Assembly: GCF_001194135.2 (NCBI RefSeq)
Contig: NC_068993.1
Location: 20,842,570 to 20,906,569 of the forward strand
Source of the DNA: Octopus bimaculoides
Taxonomy: Eukaryota
Length of the DNA stretch: 64,000 bases
Reading direction: 5' to 3'
How positions within the stretch are numbered: the stretch's first letter is position 1; every line of letters begins with the position of its first letter. This document shows, piece after piece, positions 1 through 11,878 of the stretch. The notes below the pieces were generated by a model. It searched no databases and was not told where the DNA came from. It was given only the letters and a program-made list of their open reading frames with translations. Position numbers and translations under genes: made by a program.

Positions 1-1017
1 TGATGGTAATTACTTTGGTAATTACTTTGATTACCTCTCCTCCAGTCTAAAAGTCTGATTTTGTACCAAATCTTAGAAACCATTAAGGTGAAACTGAAAC
101 ACAAGGATTAAGACGACGTTAAATTGGTAAGTCGTTGTATGATTGTTTCGCCACACGTAATCTCTGATCTAGGATTAACGTTATCATTTTCTTTCATGCA
201 TAAAAATAGTGTTTTGTTAATAGAAGAATAAATTATTAGATAAATTTAATAAATAGTTAATAAATATTCACGTTAAGAAAGACTAGATTTTAATAGCCAA
301 ATTTATTGGTTACTAAAATCTAGTTTTTCTTAACGTAAATATATTAATGTCATGAAAGACTAGATGTTTGGATTGTCGTGTTCCGCACACCTAGTCAGCT
401 ATCAATGATGTCTATTAACTTTCACCAACCTCTCTTTTACTATGGTTGATTCACCGTCGCCTTCGACGATGAGCATTCAATTATTCAACCAGTTGCATTC
501 TTACTCATGAAACTAATGTCAGCGGCAGAGTATTCCAGACATGTGTTCTATAAACGGAATTGTCAGACCGAATCACTATGAAACAATGTAGGAAAAAGAA
601 CCAATGGACCTTTGAATTACAGTTACAATCTAGAGAGAAAGGGAGAGGGAGGGAGAGACTGAAAGAGACCTCACTACGGGACTGAAACTTTATTTATCAA
701 CCATGAAAGGATGGAAGACAAGGCCCACATCAGCAGTCAGAGTGCAGGGAACTGGAATAGATACAGAGAAACATTCAAGCCAACGCTGTAACAATTCTAT
801 AATTTCGCGCCTTGTCTTTTGATGTATGGAAGTCTATATTTCCCAATGTATCTTTTTTTGTTTCCGACAGTAGGAAGCGATTCGGATGCTATTTCTTGCG
901 GACAGTATTACTGTTTAAATGGTCTCTTCGTAATTCGATATAGTCATGACTGCATGGTTAAGAAGTTCGCTTTGTAACCACATGAGAGAATTTGGTAGAC
1001 GAAAACGGTGAGGAAAG

Positions 1018-1066
<49 letters not shown>

Positions 1067-1069
<3 letters not shown>

Positions 1070-1250
1070 TCCCCAGACAAGTATTCTTGTTTCTTTAACA
1101 TTCCAATAGTATAGCATTTCGACGAAAGAGGGTAATAGAATAAGCACCTGATTTGAAAATGTGGGGTCGATTTGTTTCGACTACATTCTTGAAGGTGGTA
1201 CCACAGCCTGGACGCAGTCCAGTGACCGAAATGAATTAAAGATAAAAGGA
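1067..1250 (+). mobile_element. SINE family C 3' half, diverged
   Basis: After (TG)n: ATAGAATAAGCAC...GGGGTCGATTTGTTTCGACTA...GCAGTCC. Confidence 0.62.
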
Positions 1251-1697
1251 AGCTAGAGATGTAATAGGCTACACTAGTATTTGTGGTGTGGTTAATTTTT
1301 ATGTCAAGAGAAATTAACATTGTCTTGTTACTTATATTACTTATATTCATTACTTCAAGCGATTCCACTAAATTTACTAATATATTATAAAGAATCTGTG
1401 GTTATGAAGTCAAGACCGTTGGACTATAATTTTCCAGTATTTTACAGCCATAGCTGTCTTGTAAATATGTTCAGTCTGTTATTATTTTCTTGAAAACGAG
1501 TTTATTTGACATAAATAAATACTTTATTTTTTAGACTGACACTATATTAATGCAGTTCATAAAATAAACATCACAGGTTTTGCATTCTCTTCAAATAGTT
1601 TGTATATATTACATACATGTTTTTAAATAATGGCTTCATTTCTGATAACTTCCATGAGACTTTTATTATGCATTCAAATATCAAAACGTGAATCATT

Positions 1698-1699
<2 letters not shown>

Positions 1700-1755
<56 letters not shown>

Positions 1756-1880
1756 GGAGAAAGAGAGAGAGACGGAGAAAGAGAGAGAGAGAACATGAGA
1801 TGGAAATTTCCATTTTCATTTTCATAGGGACTAACAATAATAATAATAATTATAGCAACAACAACAACAACAACAACAAC

Positions 1881-1930
<50 letters not shown>

Positions 1931-1956
1931 TGATGATGATGATGATAATAATAATG

Positions 1957-2002
<46 letters not shown>

Positions 2003-2011
2003 TAATAATAA
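1700..2011. repeat. (GA)n and compound AAT/AAC/GAT microsatellites
   Basis: Read directly from the sequence. Confidence 0.97.
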
Positions 2012-2786
2012 TGGTCTCCAATTTTAGCACAAGGCCAGCAATTTTAGGAGCGGGAGATGGTCGACCTCGAAAGTCTTTCAGCTCGCTGTCATAGGGACCA
2101 GGAACAAAAAAAAAAAAAATCATTGTAATTTTGATACAAAGCCAGGAATTTTTAGAGGGGGGGGGGTAAAGCTGATTAGACAGACCCTAGTATTGAACTG
2201 GTATTTACTTTATCGAATCGGAAAGGATGAACAACAAAGTCGACCTCGGCGAAATTTTAGCTTAGAACGTAAAGTGCCGGAAAAGTAGCACCTAGCTTTT
2301 GTACGATGCACTAACGATTCTACCAGCATGCCGCCTGATGGATTAATGATAATAATAATTCTCCACTGTCTTTTGCCTATGACCCCTTTGATTCTTGTTT
2401 TACTTGGATCGACCCTCATAGGCTGTAAATGTTTTAAAATGTTTATATTTTATAATGAAATGTTATTAGGAATTTTATAAAAGAATTGTAAAAATATTTT
2501 ATGTATTGTAGACGCCTAAGTAATTTAATGCACATAAATTTTAATGTCAAAATCTTATATGGATCCCAGTTCAGAAACACTGTACTATAAGCCCATGGCC
2601 TAAAAATTTGGGGTCGGGCTAGTCGATTACATCGACGCTATGCTCAACTGGTACTTAGCTCATTGACCCCATAAGGGTGAAAGGCAAATTGAACATCGGT
2701 GGCATTGAAACCCATAGCGTAAAAACGAACGAAATGCCCCTTAGCAAATTGTCCGGCGTGCTAACGATTCTGCCAGCTAGCTGCCT
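2002..2786 (-). mobile_element. Cluster of family B SINE copies (2002-2075 fragment, 2120-2336, 2589-2786)
   Basis: Repeated CTAACGATTCT(A/G)CCAGC heads and GTCGATTACATCGAC motif, adjacent to AAT runs. Confidence 0.82.
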
Positions 2787-2802
2787 TAATAACAACAACA
2801 AC

Positions 2803-2862
<60 letters not shown>

Positions 2863-2866
<4 letters not shown>

Positions 2867-3388
2867 GCCCGGATGCAGTACCAGGCAGTGGCTCTCATGG
2901 CTTCTGATCTTAACTGATTGGAAGTGTTATCATGTACGTTGTTTTGTCTTGGTATAAAAGATGGGCTACAGCAAATATTCTGCTTAATACCGCAGATTTG
3001 CTTTGTCAGTTGTTTGACCTTAACCAGTGGCTGACGATATGTGCATCTCTATTCGTGAGCAGAAGTAGTAGGGGAGCATCATAGCCATGTGTTGAGAGGA
3101 GTTCTTTGGGGTTTGAATAATTCATCTTTGGAAACATGGGTGTTTTGTTCAACATCCTTAAACAAACCTTATTCAAGGACCTTTTGAGCGGGATGGGCTA
3201 CTCGACCTGAAAAAAATGCTAACTGGGCCCCACCTGCGAGGTCATGCACTGTTTATCTTGATATGAGATCATTATGTCGCGCGCATATGGTCGTGATGCA
3301 TGTGCCTAGTATACCCTTATCAGACGCATGATGGGTATAATGGACTTCGTCTATTTTACCCCAGTGTCACTTTGATGGCATGCACTGC
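2863..3388. mobile_element. ~525-bp interspersed repeat inserted within an (AAT)n microsatellite
   Basis: Pure (AAT)n abuts both ends. A diverged partial copy lies at about 25460-25600 (AGCAAATATTCTGC...GAGCATCATAGCCATGTG...TTCTTTGGGGTTTGAATAA). Confidence 0.75.
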
Positions 3389-3398
3389 TCTCTCACTC

Positions 3399-3461
<63 letters not shown>

Positions 3462-3714
3462 CAAAAAAATATGTTGAAAAGTGTCAGTAGGCGCTAATCT
3501 TATCCATTCTAGTTGACTTCAACAAAAAAGATGTTTCCTAGTTTTCTGGAATTTGGCTGATTGCTAAGAAGCCAAATTTGCCACACACTGAAGGTACTAA
3601 ACAAGCAGAAAGTAAAGTAGTTGAACTGTCATATTATGGACTGAGTATAAACACTGTTGCCGAGTTTGTCTTGAGCTGCTTCGCAAAATTTAATATTTCA
3701 TTTCTTATTTATGG

Positions 3715-3900
3715 TGAAGGCTCATGATATGGTGGTTAGAGTGTTGCACTCATAACCTCAAGACTGTGATTTCGATTCCCTGGCTGGGTGGCTTGTCCTT
3801 TTCTTGACCAAAACACTTCGTTTCACGTTGCACTAGTTCACTCAGCTGTAAATGAGTCGTTTTGTAACAGACTGGTGTCCCGTTCACTGAGTATGTTGTG
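3715..3900 (+). mobile_element. Older CORE-like SINE
   Basis: GGTGGTTAGAGTG...TTTCGATTCCC...CAAAACACTT...AGTTCACTCAGCTGTAAATGAGT. Confidence 0.7.
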
Positions 3901-4004
3901 ATCTCAGTTACTTATTAGTCATGTAAACCGGGCAACCGGTCACAACTCAGTAATCTCTGGGTATTTATTTACTCAGTTTTGTGGAAATGAAACTATACCA
4001 TTGG

Positions 4005-4165
4005 CATAGGCATGGCTTGGTGGTTGAAAAGTCCGCTATCTAAATACGTGGTTTCGGGTTCAGTTCTACTGCATTGCACTGAGGATGTCTTCTGCTATAG
4101 CCCAGGGCTGAGTAAAAACCTTGTGAGTGGATTTGGTAGACGGAAACTGAAAGAAGCCCGTCATA
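4005..4165 (+). mobile_element. SINE family C 5' half
   Basis: GGTTCAGTTCT...CTATAGCCC...CCTTGTGAGTGGATTTGGTAGACGGAAACTGAAAGAAGCCCGTC. Confidence 0.78.
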
Positions 4166-4659
4166 TATATACATACATATGTGTGAATGTGTGTGAGTAT
4201 GAGCGTGCGCGCGCGTTTGAGTTCATATTTTCCTGCGTTCACTGACTGCTTCCTGGTGATGACATTTGCTTGCAGTCCACCAGGTTGTTTTGCGCTGTTC
4301 GATGGACTGAGAAATTACCAACTCCCTTGGAAACAAGTGGAGTTGGCAACAAGAAGAAAATGTGCTCGCAAAAAAAAAAGAAAAAAAAAAAAACTCTGCC
4401 CCAAGCACACTCGTCTGACCCATGCAAGTATAAAACAGACATTTAAAATAGACATTAAAACGATGACGATGGTAGACACACATGTGTATATGTATCTGTG
4501 GCTGAGTATGGAAGAACAAGGAGACAGAAGACAAAGGTCACACATTCTAGAGTAGTAAATAACCGACTGAATAACGAAGGAGCTTTGGTCATTTGAACTA
4601 AAGGAGATAGAAGCCAAATTTTCCTCATATGATGCCCTACAAAAATACACAAAATATTG

Positions 4660-5239
4660 GGATCTATTTTAAAACGGGGGCCACATTTTTCATTAATGTT
4701 TTACGTAGTGTTTTTGGTACGGAAAGACTTTCAAACTTCGTATACTTATCTATTTTGTGTTATAGAACAGAAAAATATTTTTGTATTCGAATTTATTTCA
4801 TGTAAAAAATTGTCTTATTTCGATAATTTCAACCAATCACTGACAAGTATTCAGTTGTTTATATTTACTCCTTTGGCTGATTAAGCGATGTAAAGCGTAT
4901 TTAATCTCCATACCTTCGTTTTATTTGCTTTTTTCATTTTAAATTTGCTTTAACCCTAACCCTAACCCTAACCCTAGGGTTAGGGTTAGGGTTAGGGTTA
5001 ATTGTTTCAGAATCGTTTGTTTATGTAGTCGGCACTTAATGTATATCGGCTGAATGGACGTCAGTGATTGGTTGAAATTACAGAAATACGACAACTTTCA
5101 CATGGAATAACTTATGGATTTCTTTTTTTTTTAAGAAGACTAAGAGAAAAAGATGTTTTATATGACACATTCTACCAGTGTTCCAAGTTTCAAAGTGTTT
5201 CGTTAATGAAAAATGTGGCCCCCGTTTTAAAAAAGATCC
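4660..5239. mobile_element. Non-autonomous DNA transposon (MITE), GG termini, 8-bp TSD, Merlin-like
   Basis: TIRs GGATCTATTTTAAAACGGGGGCCACATTTTT / AAAAATGTGGCCCCCGTTTTAAAAAAGATCC. TSD AAATATTG at 4652-4659 and 5240-5247. The superfamily is inferred only from TSD length and GG ends. Confidence 0.85.
4950..5001. repeat. Perfect 52-bp palindrome of telomeric repeats (CCCTAA)4/(TTAGGG)4
   Basis: TTAACCCTAACCCTAACCCTAACCCT|AGGGTTAGGGTTAGGGTTAGGGTTAA, inside the MITE. Confidence 0.97.
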
Positions 5240-5475
5240 AAATATTGTAATTTTAGATATAAACAAAGAAGAAAATTTCGCGGTTGGGACGCCATTAATC
5301 GTAAGCTTTCTTAATCAAAGTTAAATGTAGGCTAAACAACACCAGCAGCTCGTATTTATTTCATAGGTGTATGAGGAAGAAGAACAGAGTTGTCTCCGTT
5401 GGGATTTCAGCACGAAAGCACATAGCTAAATGCTTCACATTTATCTGGTATTCTATCGAACTAAGTGTTTCTAAT

Positions 5476-5917
5476 TTAGCCACAAGACCAGACAGATTTA
5501 TGGGGAGGACGTTAGTGGATTACATTGCTCCAGTACTTGACTGGTTTTCTATTTCATCGATCTTGGAGGGATGGCTGTTCATGGGATTCGAACTCAAAAC
5601 GTAGAGACCCGGAATACATAACACAAGCGTTTTGAACAACACTAACTACATTCCGTTAATCTTGTGCACTAACCGATCCATGTAATAATCTCTATCTAGT
5701 TGGTCGACCTGAAAATATTGGTTTCAAATTTTGGCACAATGCTAGCAAAATCAGGGTAAGGGGTAAGTCGATTACATCGACCCCAGTACTCAATTGGTAC
5801 TTATTTTATCGACCCCGAAATAATGAAAGGCGAAATTTGACCTCAGAACCGAAAGACGGACGAAATGTTGCTAACCATTTTGCCCGGCATGCTAACGATT
5901 CTGCCAGCTCACCACCT
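5476..5917 (-). mobile_element. Two family B SINE copies (diverged 5476-5650; 5716-5917)
   Basis: TATTGGTTTCAAATTTTGGCAC...GTCGATTACATCGACCCC...CTGCCAGCTCACCACCT. Confidence 0.82.
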
Positions 5918-7632
5918 CTCGAACTGCAAATATTAACAACTAAATCTCTTTCGAATCATACATTCTATTGTCCTAAAAAGAGAAAAAGAAGTTCTGGATA
6001 ATCTAGTCATAAATGAAGCGTAGCTTCAGAAAAGTAGGGATTGATGCGGTTGGAACGGTTTTGATCATAGTCTTCTAGATTAGGGAAAGATAGCCTTGTG
6101 TTATAAACCAACAAGAATAAAATTTCGGTGGGGGGGGGGAATAAGAAGAGGAGTTGGCCTGTTGCCCGGTTTCAATATCCTTGTGAAATCGATTCACAAC
6201 ACATGTCTCACATTAATACTGCTGTATGAAACATACACTTCTCACATTCTCTTTTTTACTCTCCTCTTTAGAAATCTAGGTTTTCTTGTCTATGAAAATG
6301 GCGTGATGCAAAAACAAACAAATGACAATATATAAAAAGAAGATGGTAAAACGAAAAAAAAAAGAAACGGTTGGAATATTTGTAAAAAATATTTTAAAAT
6401 ATTCAGATTTGTTTACTTTTAAGACAAAACAAACTAGCGCAATTTCTCTCTCTCTCTCTCCCCTACTCTCTCCCTCTCTCTCACACACATACATGCATGT
6501 TCGTACGTACTTATGTGCATCCTCACAATCTTGACACACACACTCACACACACACACACACACACACACGCTTACACTAGAGTGTACATAGATTTATGTA
6601 CCTCCCATAAAGAGACCTCATGCTGAGAGTCTACGCGATTAACACACATACATTTGTGTATATGTATCTGCCTGCATCTGTACACGAGAGGCCTCACGCA
6701 CAGAGGCTGGGCGCGCATACACATACACGCACATATTTGTACGTACCTATGTGCATCCACTCACAAGAGACTGCGCTGCGCTCGCACACGCACACACACA
6801 CAGAGGCATGCTCTCAACTTACACACGAATGTATGCTCATTTTTACGTGCATTCACACTCACGGGGCCTTACAAAGAGTGAAGAACGCACGCGCATACAC
6901 ATCTTAAATATTTTCCGTTCTTTTTTTACCCCTCATTTTGCTAACTCTGACAAAGTTGGAAGTCGGGCAGCTTTTCTTATACATATTAAAATTCCTTGTA
7001 CGCTTAACCAATCGTTGGCCTGAGTTTATACATTCCGTATCTAGAGTGGCTTTACAGACACAAGATCATTATACTTTAAAACTGAACAATTACGGATTAC
7101 AGCATAATATAAATGAAATATAGTGGTAACTGAAATAATAGAGTGCATTTTATACTAGTTTGGCTAGTGAATGTAGACATTACTACATATATCATCGTTT
7201 ACTATTGATTAATTGGTTTATCACTGATTAATTCGTTTATCACTGACTAATTGGTTCGCACAATTATGTAATATGTTCCGCTTATCACGAACTGATATGT
7301 AATAACACGGGTCAGTCAGCGATTAGTTAAAAATTCTGTCTGGCCTGCAAAAGCGCACCCAGAAACCATCCACAGTGCTCAGGACAACTTGGGTGTCTCG
7401 GAACGAAACCTATTTTCCCCATATGTTCTATCAGCCATTTATCACAGATTCATTGAACATGTCTTTTTTCTTCTTTTCTAACCAAACTCCCGTGATAAAC
7501 GATTGGCATAAAAATATTTTTTTATCGTAGTGTCTTATGGTCTTTTCTTTTTGTGCCCTTTTGTCCTTCAATTTTTCCTTTACAACGTTTGTTTATGAGT
7601 TCTGAAATTTGAATAAATTATACATCTTTTCG

Positions 7633-7950
7633 TGAAGGTATAGTGGTTAGGGGTATTCACTAACTATCGTAAGGTCGCGAGTTCGATTCCCAGCGGGGCG
7701 TTTTGTCCTTGAGTAAGACATTTTGTTTTACGCTGCTCCAGTTCACTCAGCTGGCAAAAATGAGTAGTACCTGTATTTGAAATGGCTAGCCATGTCATAC
7801 TCTGTGTCACGCTGAATCTCCCTGAGAACTATGTTAAGGGTAAGCGTGTCTGTGGAGTGCTCAGCCACTTACACGTAAATTTCGCGAATATGTTGTTCCA
7901 TTGATAGGATCAACTGGAGCCCTCGTCATCGTACGCGACGGAGTGCCAGT
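7633..7950 (+). mobile_element. SINE: tRNA head + CORE-like domain + family A 3' tail
   Basis: B box GAGTTCGATTCC, then CCTTGAGTAAGACATTTT...CTCCAGTTCACTCAGCTG, then TGTGTCACGCTGAATCTCCC...GGAGTGCC as in family A. Confidence 0.8.
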
Positions 7951-7975
7951 TATACCTCTTTTTATATATATGACG

Positions 7976-8625
7976 ATAGAATGCCAAGTGGGAAGAAGAA
8001 AAGAAGAAAAAAAAAGCAATTTTGATACCAACTTCACTCAAGCTTCCAATCAAGGTGCCAAAACTATCGAAGCTGTCTTAGACAGTTGTGCTACGTATGG
8101 CGAAGACGCTTTAAGAAAAGTACTCCACAGAAATAAATTTTACTCTTTAAAGAAGGTAAATTCGATCTCACAGAGTCTCTGTGTTTCGACCAACCTGTTC
8201 AGATCGCTGAGCATCGATTGAACAAGCTCATCCATGATGATTCACGTCAATCCACTTGGGAATTTGCCTAGTGTAGGGGATGCCCTCACGAAATCGTTGT
8301 CCGTCACCTTCACTCGATGAATTGGATTCAAAAGCTTGGTTCGACCAGACCGGTGACACGGCGCACTCCAGTACAACAATGCTAGCCCCATGTCCTTAAT
8401 CTGCTATTGAAGAGCTCGGCTGGAAAGTTTTACCGCACCCATCGTATTTTCCTGGTGTAGCGTCTTCAATCGGTGAAACGTTTCGTTTAGCAACGACGTG
8501 GAGTTCTACACGTGACACTGAATTTTTCAAGTCAAGAACCAGTGATTTTCGTCAAGCTTGTAGAATGTTGGCAAGACCTCTTGAACAATGAAGATGAATA
8601 TGTTAATATGTTATTGACTGATATA
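7976..8625 (+). pseudogene. Heavily decayed mariner transposase, same lineage as the 10219 copy
   Basis: Collinear remnants IECQV..., NQGAK, FKEGKFDLTES, RLNKLIHDDSRQSTWE, HLHSM and IEELGWKVLPHPSY (YSPDLAP region), with stops and large deletions. Confidence 0.8.
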
Positions 8626-9012
8626 TTAAAATTGTCGATGAAAAATAAGGATTAAAAAATTAAAAACCAAAAAAAAAAAGCGAATTTAGCTTATAACCTA
8701 CTACTTATTTTTTTTCCTTCAAACTAAATAAATTATCCACCACGGCGTGGATAAAGACAGGACAGTGTAATTCCTGAAATATTTTGTTATTTCTAGCAGT
8801 TCGATATATGAAATTTCAATTTCAATGAGTTCAGGACCGATATAGTGCTAAGCCTTGCAAATGTGTCTCTCACGTGCTGTTCAGCTAGATTCAAGAGAGC
8901 CTTGATGTTATGGGATCCTAGCGGTTACCTATGATATTATGCACCGATAGACCTACGGATCAATAACTATATCTTTTTTTCCCCCGGATATACTCTTTTA
9001 ACCAGTTACTTA

Positions 9013-9437
9013 TTGGAATGCAGTCATACTGGAGCACCACCTTGTAGAGTTAGTCGAACAAATCCCACTACTTACTTCAAGTCTGAAATTTATTCTATTG
9101 GGATCTTTGCCGAACCGTTAAGTCACAGATACGTAAACAAACTAACACCAGTTGTCAAGCAGTCGAGGACAAGCACAAACACGCACACACGCACATACAC
9201 ACACTCATTCATACACGCATGCACACACAACCACACAGTCACATATACACACATACATAGAATGAAAACACACACACACACATATATACTTGACGGGCTT
9301 CCACACAGTTTTCGTTGACCAACTTCTTAGACAAGGCATTGGTCGGACCGGGGGTTATGGCAGAAGACATGCGAGGGCACGTGCAGTGGGGCTGGGCCAA
9401 AACCACGGTGTTGCGAACAAAACGTCTTAACCACACC
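9013..9437 (-). mobile_element. SINE family C, diverged
   Basis: GGAGCACCACC...GCCGAACCGTTAAGT, internal (CA)n, CAAGGCATTGGTCGG. Confidence 0.72.
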
Positions 9438-10218
9438 TTCAACCATATTTTTTTTGCAGAACTAAGATGGCAAGCATTGATCTAACACAGTATTTGACAC
9501 AGTATATTACTGGTATTTCTTTTATTTATTCCGGCAAGATTTAATTTCAGAGCAGTAGTAAGAAGTGAAGATATATAGTGAAATGTCACTGTCCTGTTGC
9601 AGTCATCTTTTCTCCCGCTCCTATCAGTGTAAAAGTAACAATAAAAATCTAACTGATTCCTCAATTTACAATGTCATACGAAACATATAAATTATAAAAC
9701 AGTCTAGAGTACTGTCATAGAGATATTGTGCTTTGTAAAGGTCTTTATGTAGGGAGAAGCTGTCTCCCCGTGTAATTGAAAACAGCGTTATTAGAAAAGG
9801 CGTGGTGCGATTGATGGGCAGGAATGGCAATGTGTTAAATCGTTTTGGTTTGACGACACTCTCTCAGACAGGGTTCAGACAAGAACGAGACACATTGGTA
9901 AATGGTTTATACAAGTTCATCACAGCAGTGTGAATCTGACAAACGGGTAAATTATATCAAACAGCATGCTGCCTATTCTGGGGTGTGCACTGCTGACAGT
10001 ATATACACCATTTACTTATACTCATTCACGACATTTGTATACTCTAACATGCACGCAGCAGGTCCTTTCCCCTAATTCTTTTTTCATTTGGCCTTGATTC
10101 TTGTTTATTCTACCCTATATATTTTCATAGCCAAATATTTGGTGCTTTCAGTCTGAAACGCGTTCACGTACGCACGCTGCCATAAGCATTCCGTATCTTA
10201 ATCAGCAAAATTATAATA

Positions 10219-11125
10219 TTGGGTTGGCAATTAAGTTCCCGCCGTTTTTTTTAAATCTTAGAATTTATTGCGTTTTTAAATCTTGGAATCTATTTATTAG
10301 TTTTTTCGAGAATTCTATTTTTGAATCATTTTAGAATTTTTTTTTTTATTTTTTTTTCGAGTTAATTTTAGTTAATTTTTGTTTATTTTCAGATCATTAA
10401 AATAGAATGTCAAGTTAAGAAAAACGAGAATTTTCGACACCTCTTTTTTGCTTTTAATCAAGGTTCTAAGGCCGCAAAAGCTGCTCGCGACATTTGTTCT
10501 GTGTATGGAGAGGGTAACATAGCTGAAAGAACCGCTCGTGAATGGTATGCCAAGTTCAAAAATGGAAATTTTGATCTCACAGACGCACCTCGTTCTGGCC
10601 GTCCAGTTGAGTTCAATGAAGAACGATTAAACCAACTTTTGCATGAAAATTCTCGTCAAACGACAAGGGAACTGGCAGAGAAAATGGAATGCTCCCACAC
10701 TGCTATAGAGAAGCAACTTCACTCGATGAGAAAGGTTCAGAAGTATGGAGCATGGGTTCCGCATGCTTTAAGTGACAACAACAAAAATCAACGAGCCACA
10801 ATCTCCGCTAGATTGCTTGCTCGTCACCGCTCAACTCATGGATATAAGCAACGATTTCTTTACCGAATTGTTACTGGCGACGAAAAATGGTGCCTGTACA
10901 TCAGTATGAAGCAGCGTAAGGAATGGCTTAGCCCCGGTAAACAAGCGACACCGCGCGTGAAACAAGATCTTCATCCGCGTAAGACGATGTTATGCATATG
11001 GTGGGACTGGGAAGGGATTATCCATTACGAATTGCTTGAACGGAACCAAACGGTCAACGCGGAATACGGCTCAATACGGCTATTCAAGAGAAAAGACCTA
11101 ATCGGCAGCATGGAGTTCTTCTGCT
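10219..11125 (+). mobile_element. mariner DNA transposon (left end plus transposase N-terminal two thirds)
   Basis: TA followed by the TIR-like TTGGGTTGGCAATTAAGTT. The frame is open from ATA at 10402 (likely mutated ATG): IECQVKKNENFRH...WYAKFKNGNFDLTDAPRSGRP...WVPHAL...IVTGDEKW...LHPRKTML. A small deletion frameshifts near 11065 (RLNTAIQEKRPNRQHGVLLL), then a gap follows. Confidence 0.95.
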
Positions 11126-11135
11126 NNNNNNNNNN

Positions 11136-11451
11136 CAAGTGTCTTCTACTATAGCCTCGGGCCGATCAATGCCTTGTGAGTGGATTTGGTGAAGGGAAAC
11201 TGAATGAAGCTCATCGTATGTGTGTGTGTATGTGTATGTTTGTGTGTCTGTGTTTGTCCCCCCACCATCGCTTGACAACCGATGTTGGTGTGTTTACGTC
11301 TCCGTAACTTAGCGGTTCGGCAAAAGAGACGGATAGAATAAATACTCGGCTTACAAAGAATAAGTCCTGGGCTCAATCTGTTCGACTACAGGTAGTGCTC
11401 CAGCATGACCACAGTCAAGATGACAGAAACAAATAAAAGAATAAAAGAATA
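11136..11451 (+). mobile_element. SINE family C (5' end in gap), with internal (TG)n and (AAAAGAAT)n tail
   Basis: CAAGTGTCTTCTACTATAGCCTCGGGCCGA...CCGTAACTTAGCGGTTCGGCAAAAGAG...GCTCCAGCATG. It abuts and probably interrupts the mariner. Confidence 0.88.
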
Positions 11452-11664
11452 CAGAAACACGAAAAGCACACACGCATATATATAATATGCATGTGTGAAT
11501 GTAGGCATATATAATATGCATGTGTGAATGTAGGCATATATACGCAAGACTACATGTGGGTCTGAATATATATCCGTATGTATAATAGTGATACATGCAA
11601 AAATGCATACAATTATATAAATATATACACATGCATGTACACACAAAACATACACTATCATTAG

Positions 11665-11878
11665 TTCATCGACGACAGACGGGTGTCCACTACGCTGACG
11701 ATCTTCAAGGGTCAGGTCTCCTCTACGAAACCGCTTAAACCATTTTCGAGCTGACCACTCACTGGTCATTTTCTCAGCAAACGTTTCATCGATATCGCGA
11801 GCAGTTTCAGTTGCTGCACGTCCTTTTTTTGAAGCTCAAAAGCAAAATTGCTCGAACATCGCGCTTTGACAGTTCCAT
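11665..11878 (-). pseudogene. mariner transposase N-terminal fragment (Hsmar1/cecropia-like HTH region)
   Basis: MELSKRDVRAILLLSF/GRAATETARDIDETFAEKMTSEWSARKWFKRFRRGDLTLEDRQRSGHPSVVDE, with one frameshift in an A-run. Confidence 0.85.

Noticed and set aside
1571-2123. Poly-N, poly-I and ER/SL-repeat ORFs (also 40192-40420, 42130-42609, 46393-46715, 57684-58448)
   Set aside because: These are translations of microsatellites, open in several frames on both strands.
4950-5001. Ancient chromosome end-to-end fusion site
   Set aside because: The orientation is CCCTAA then TTAGGG (the reverse of a fusion), and it lies inside a TSD-bounded transposon.
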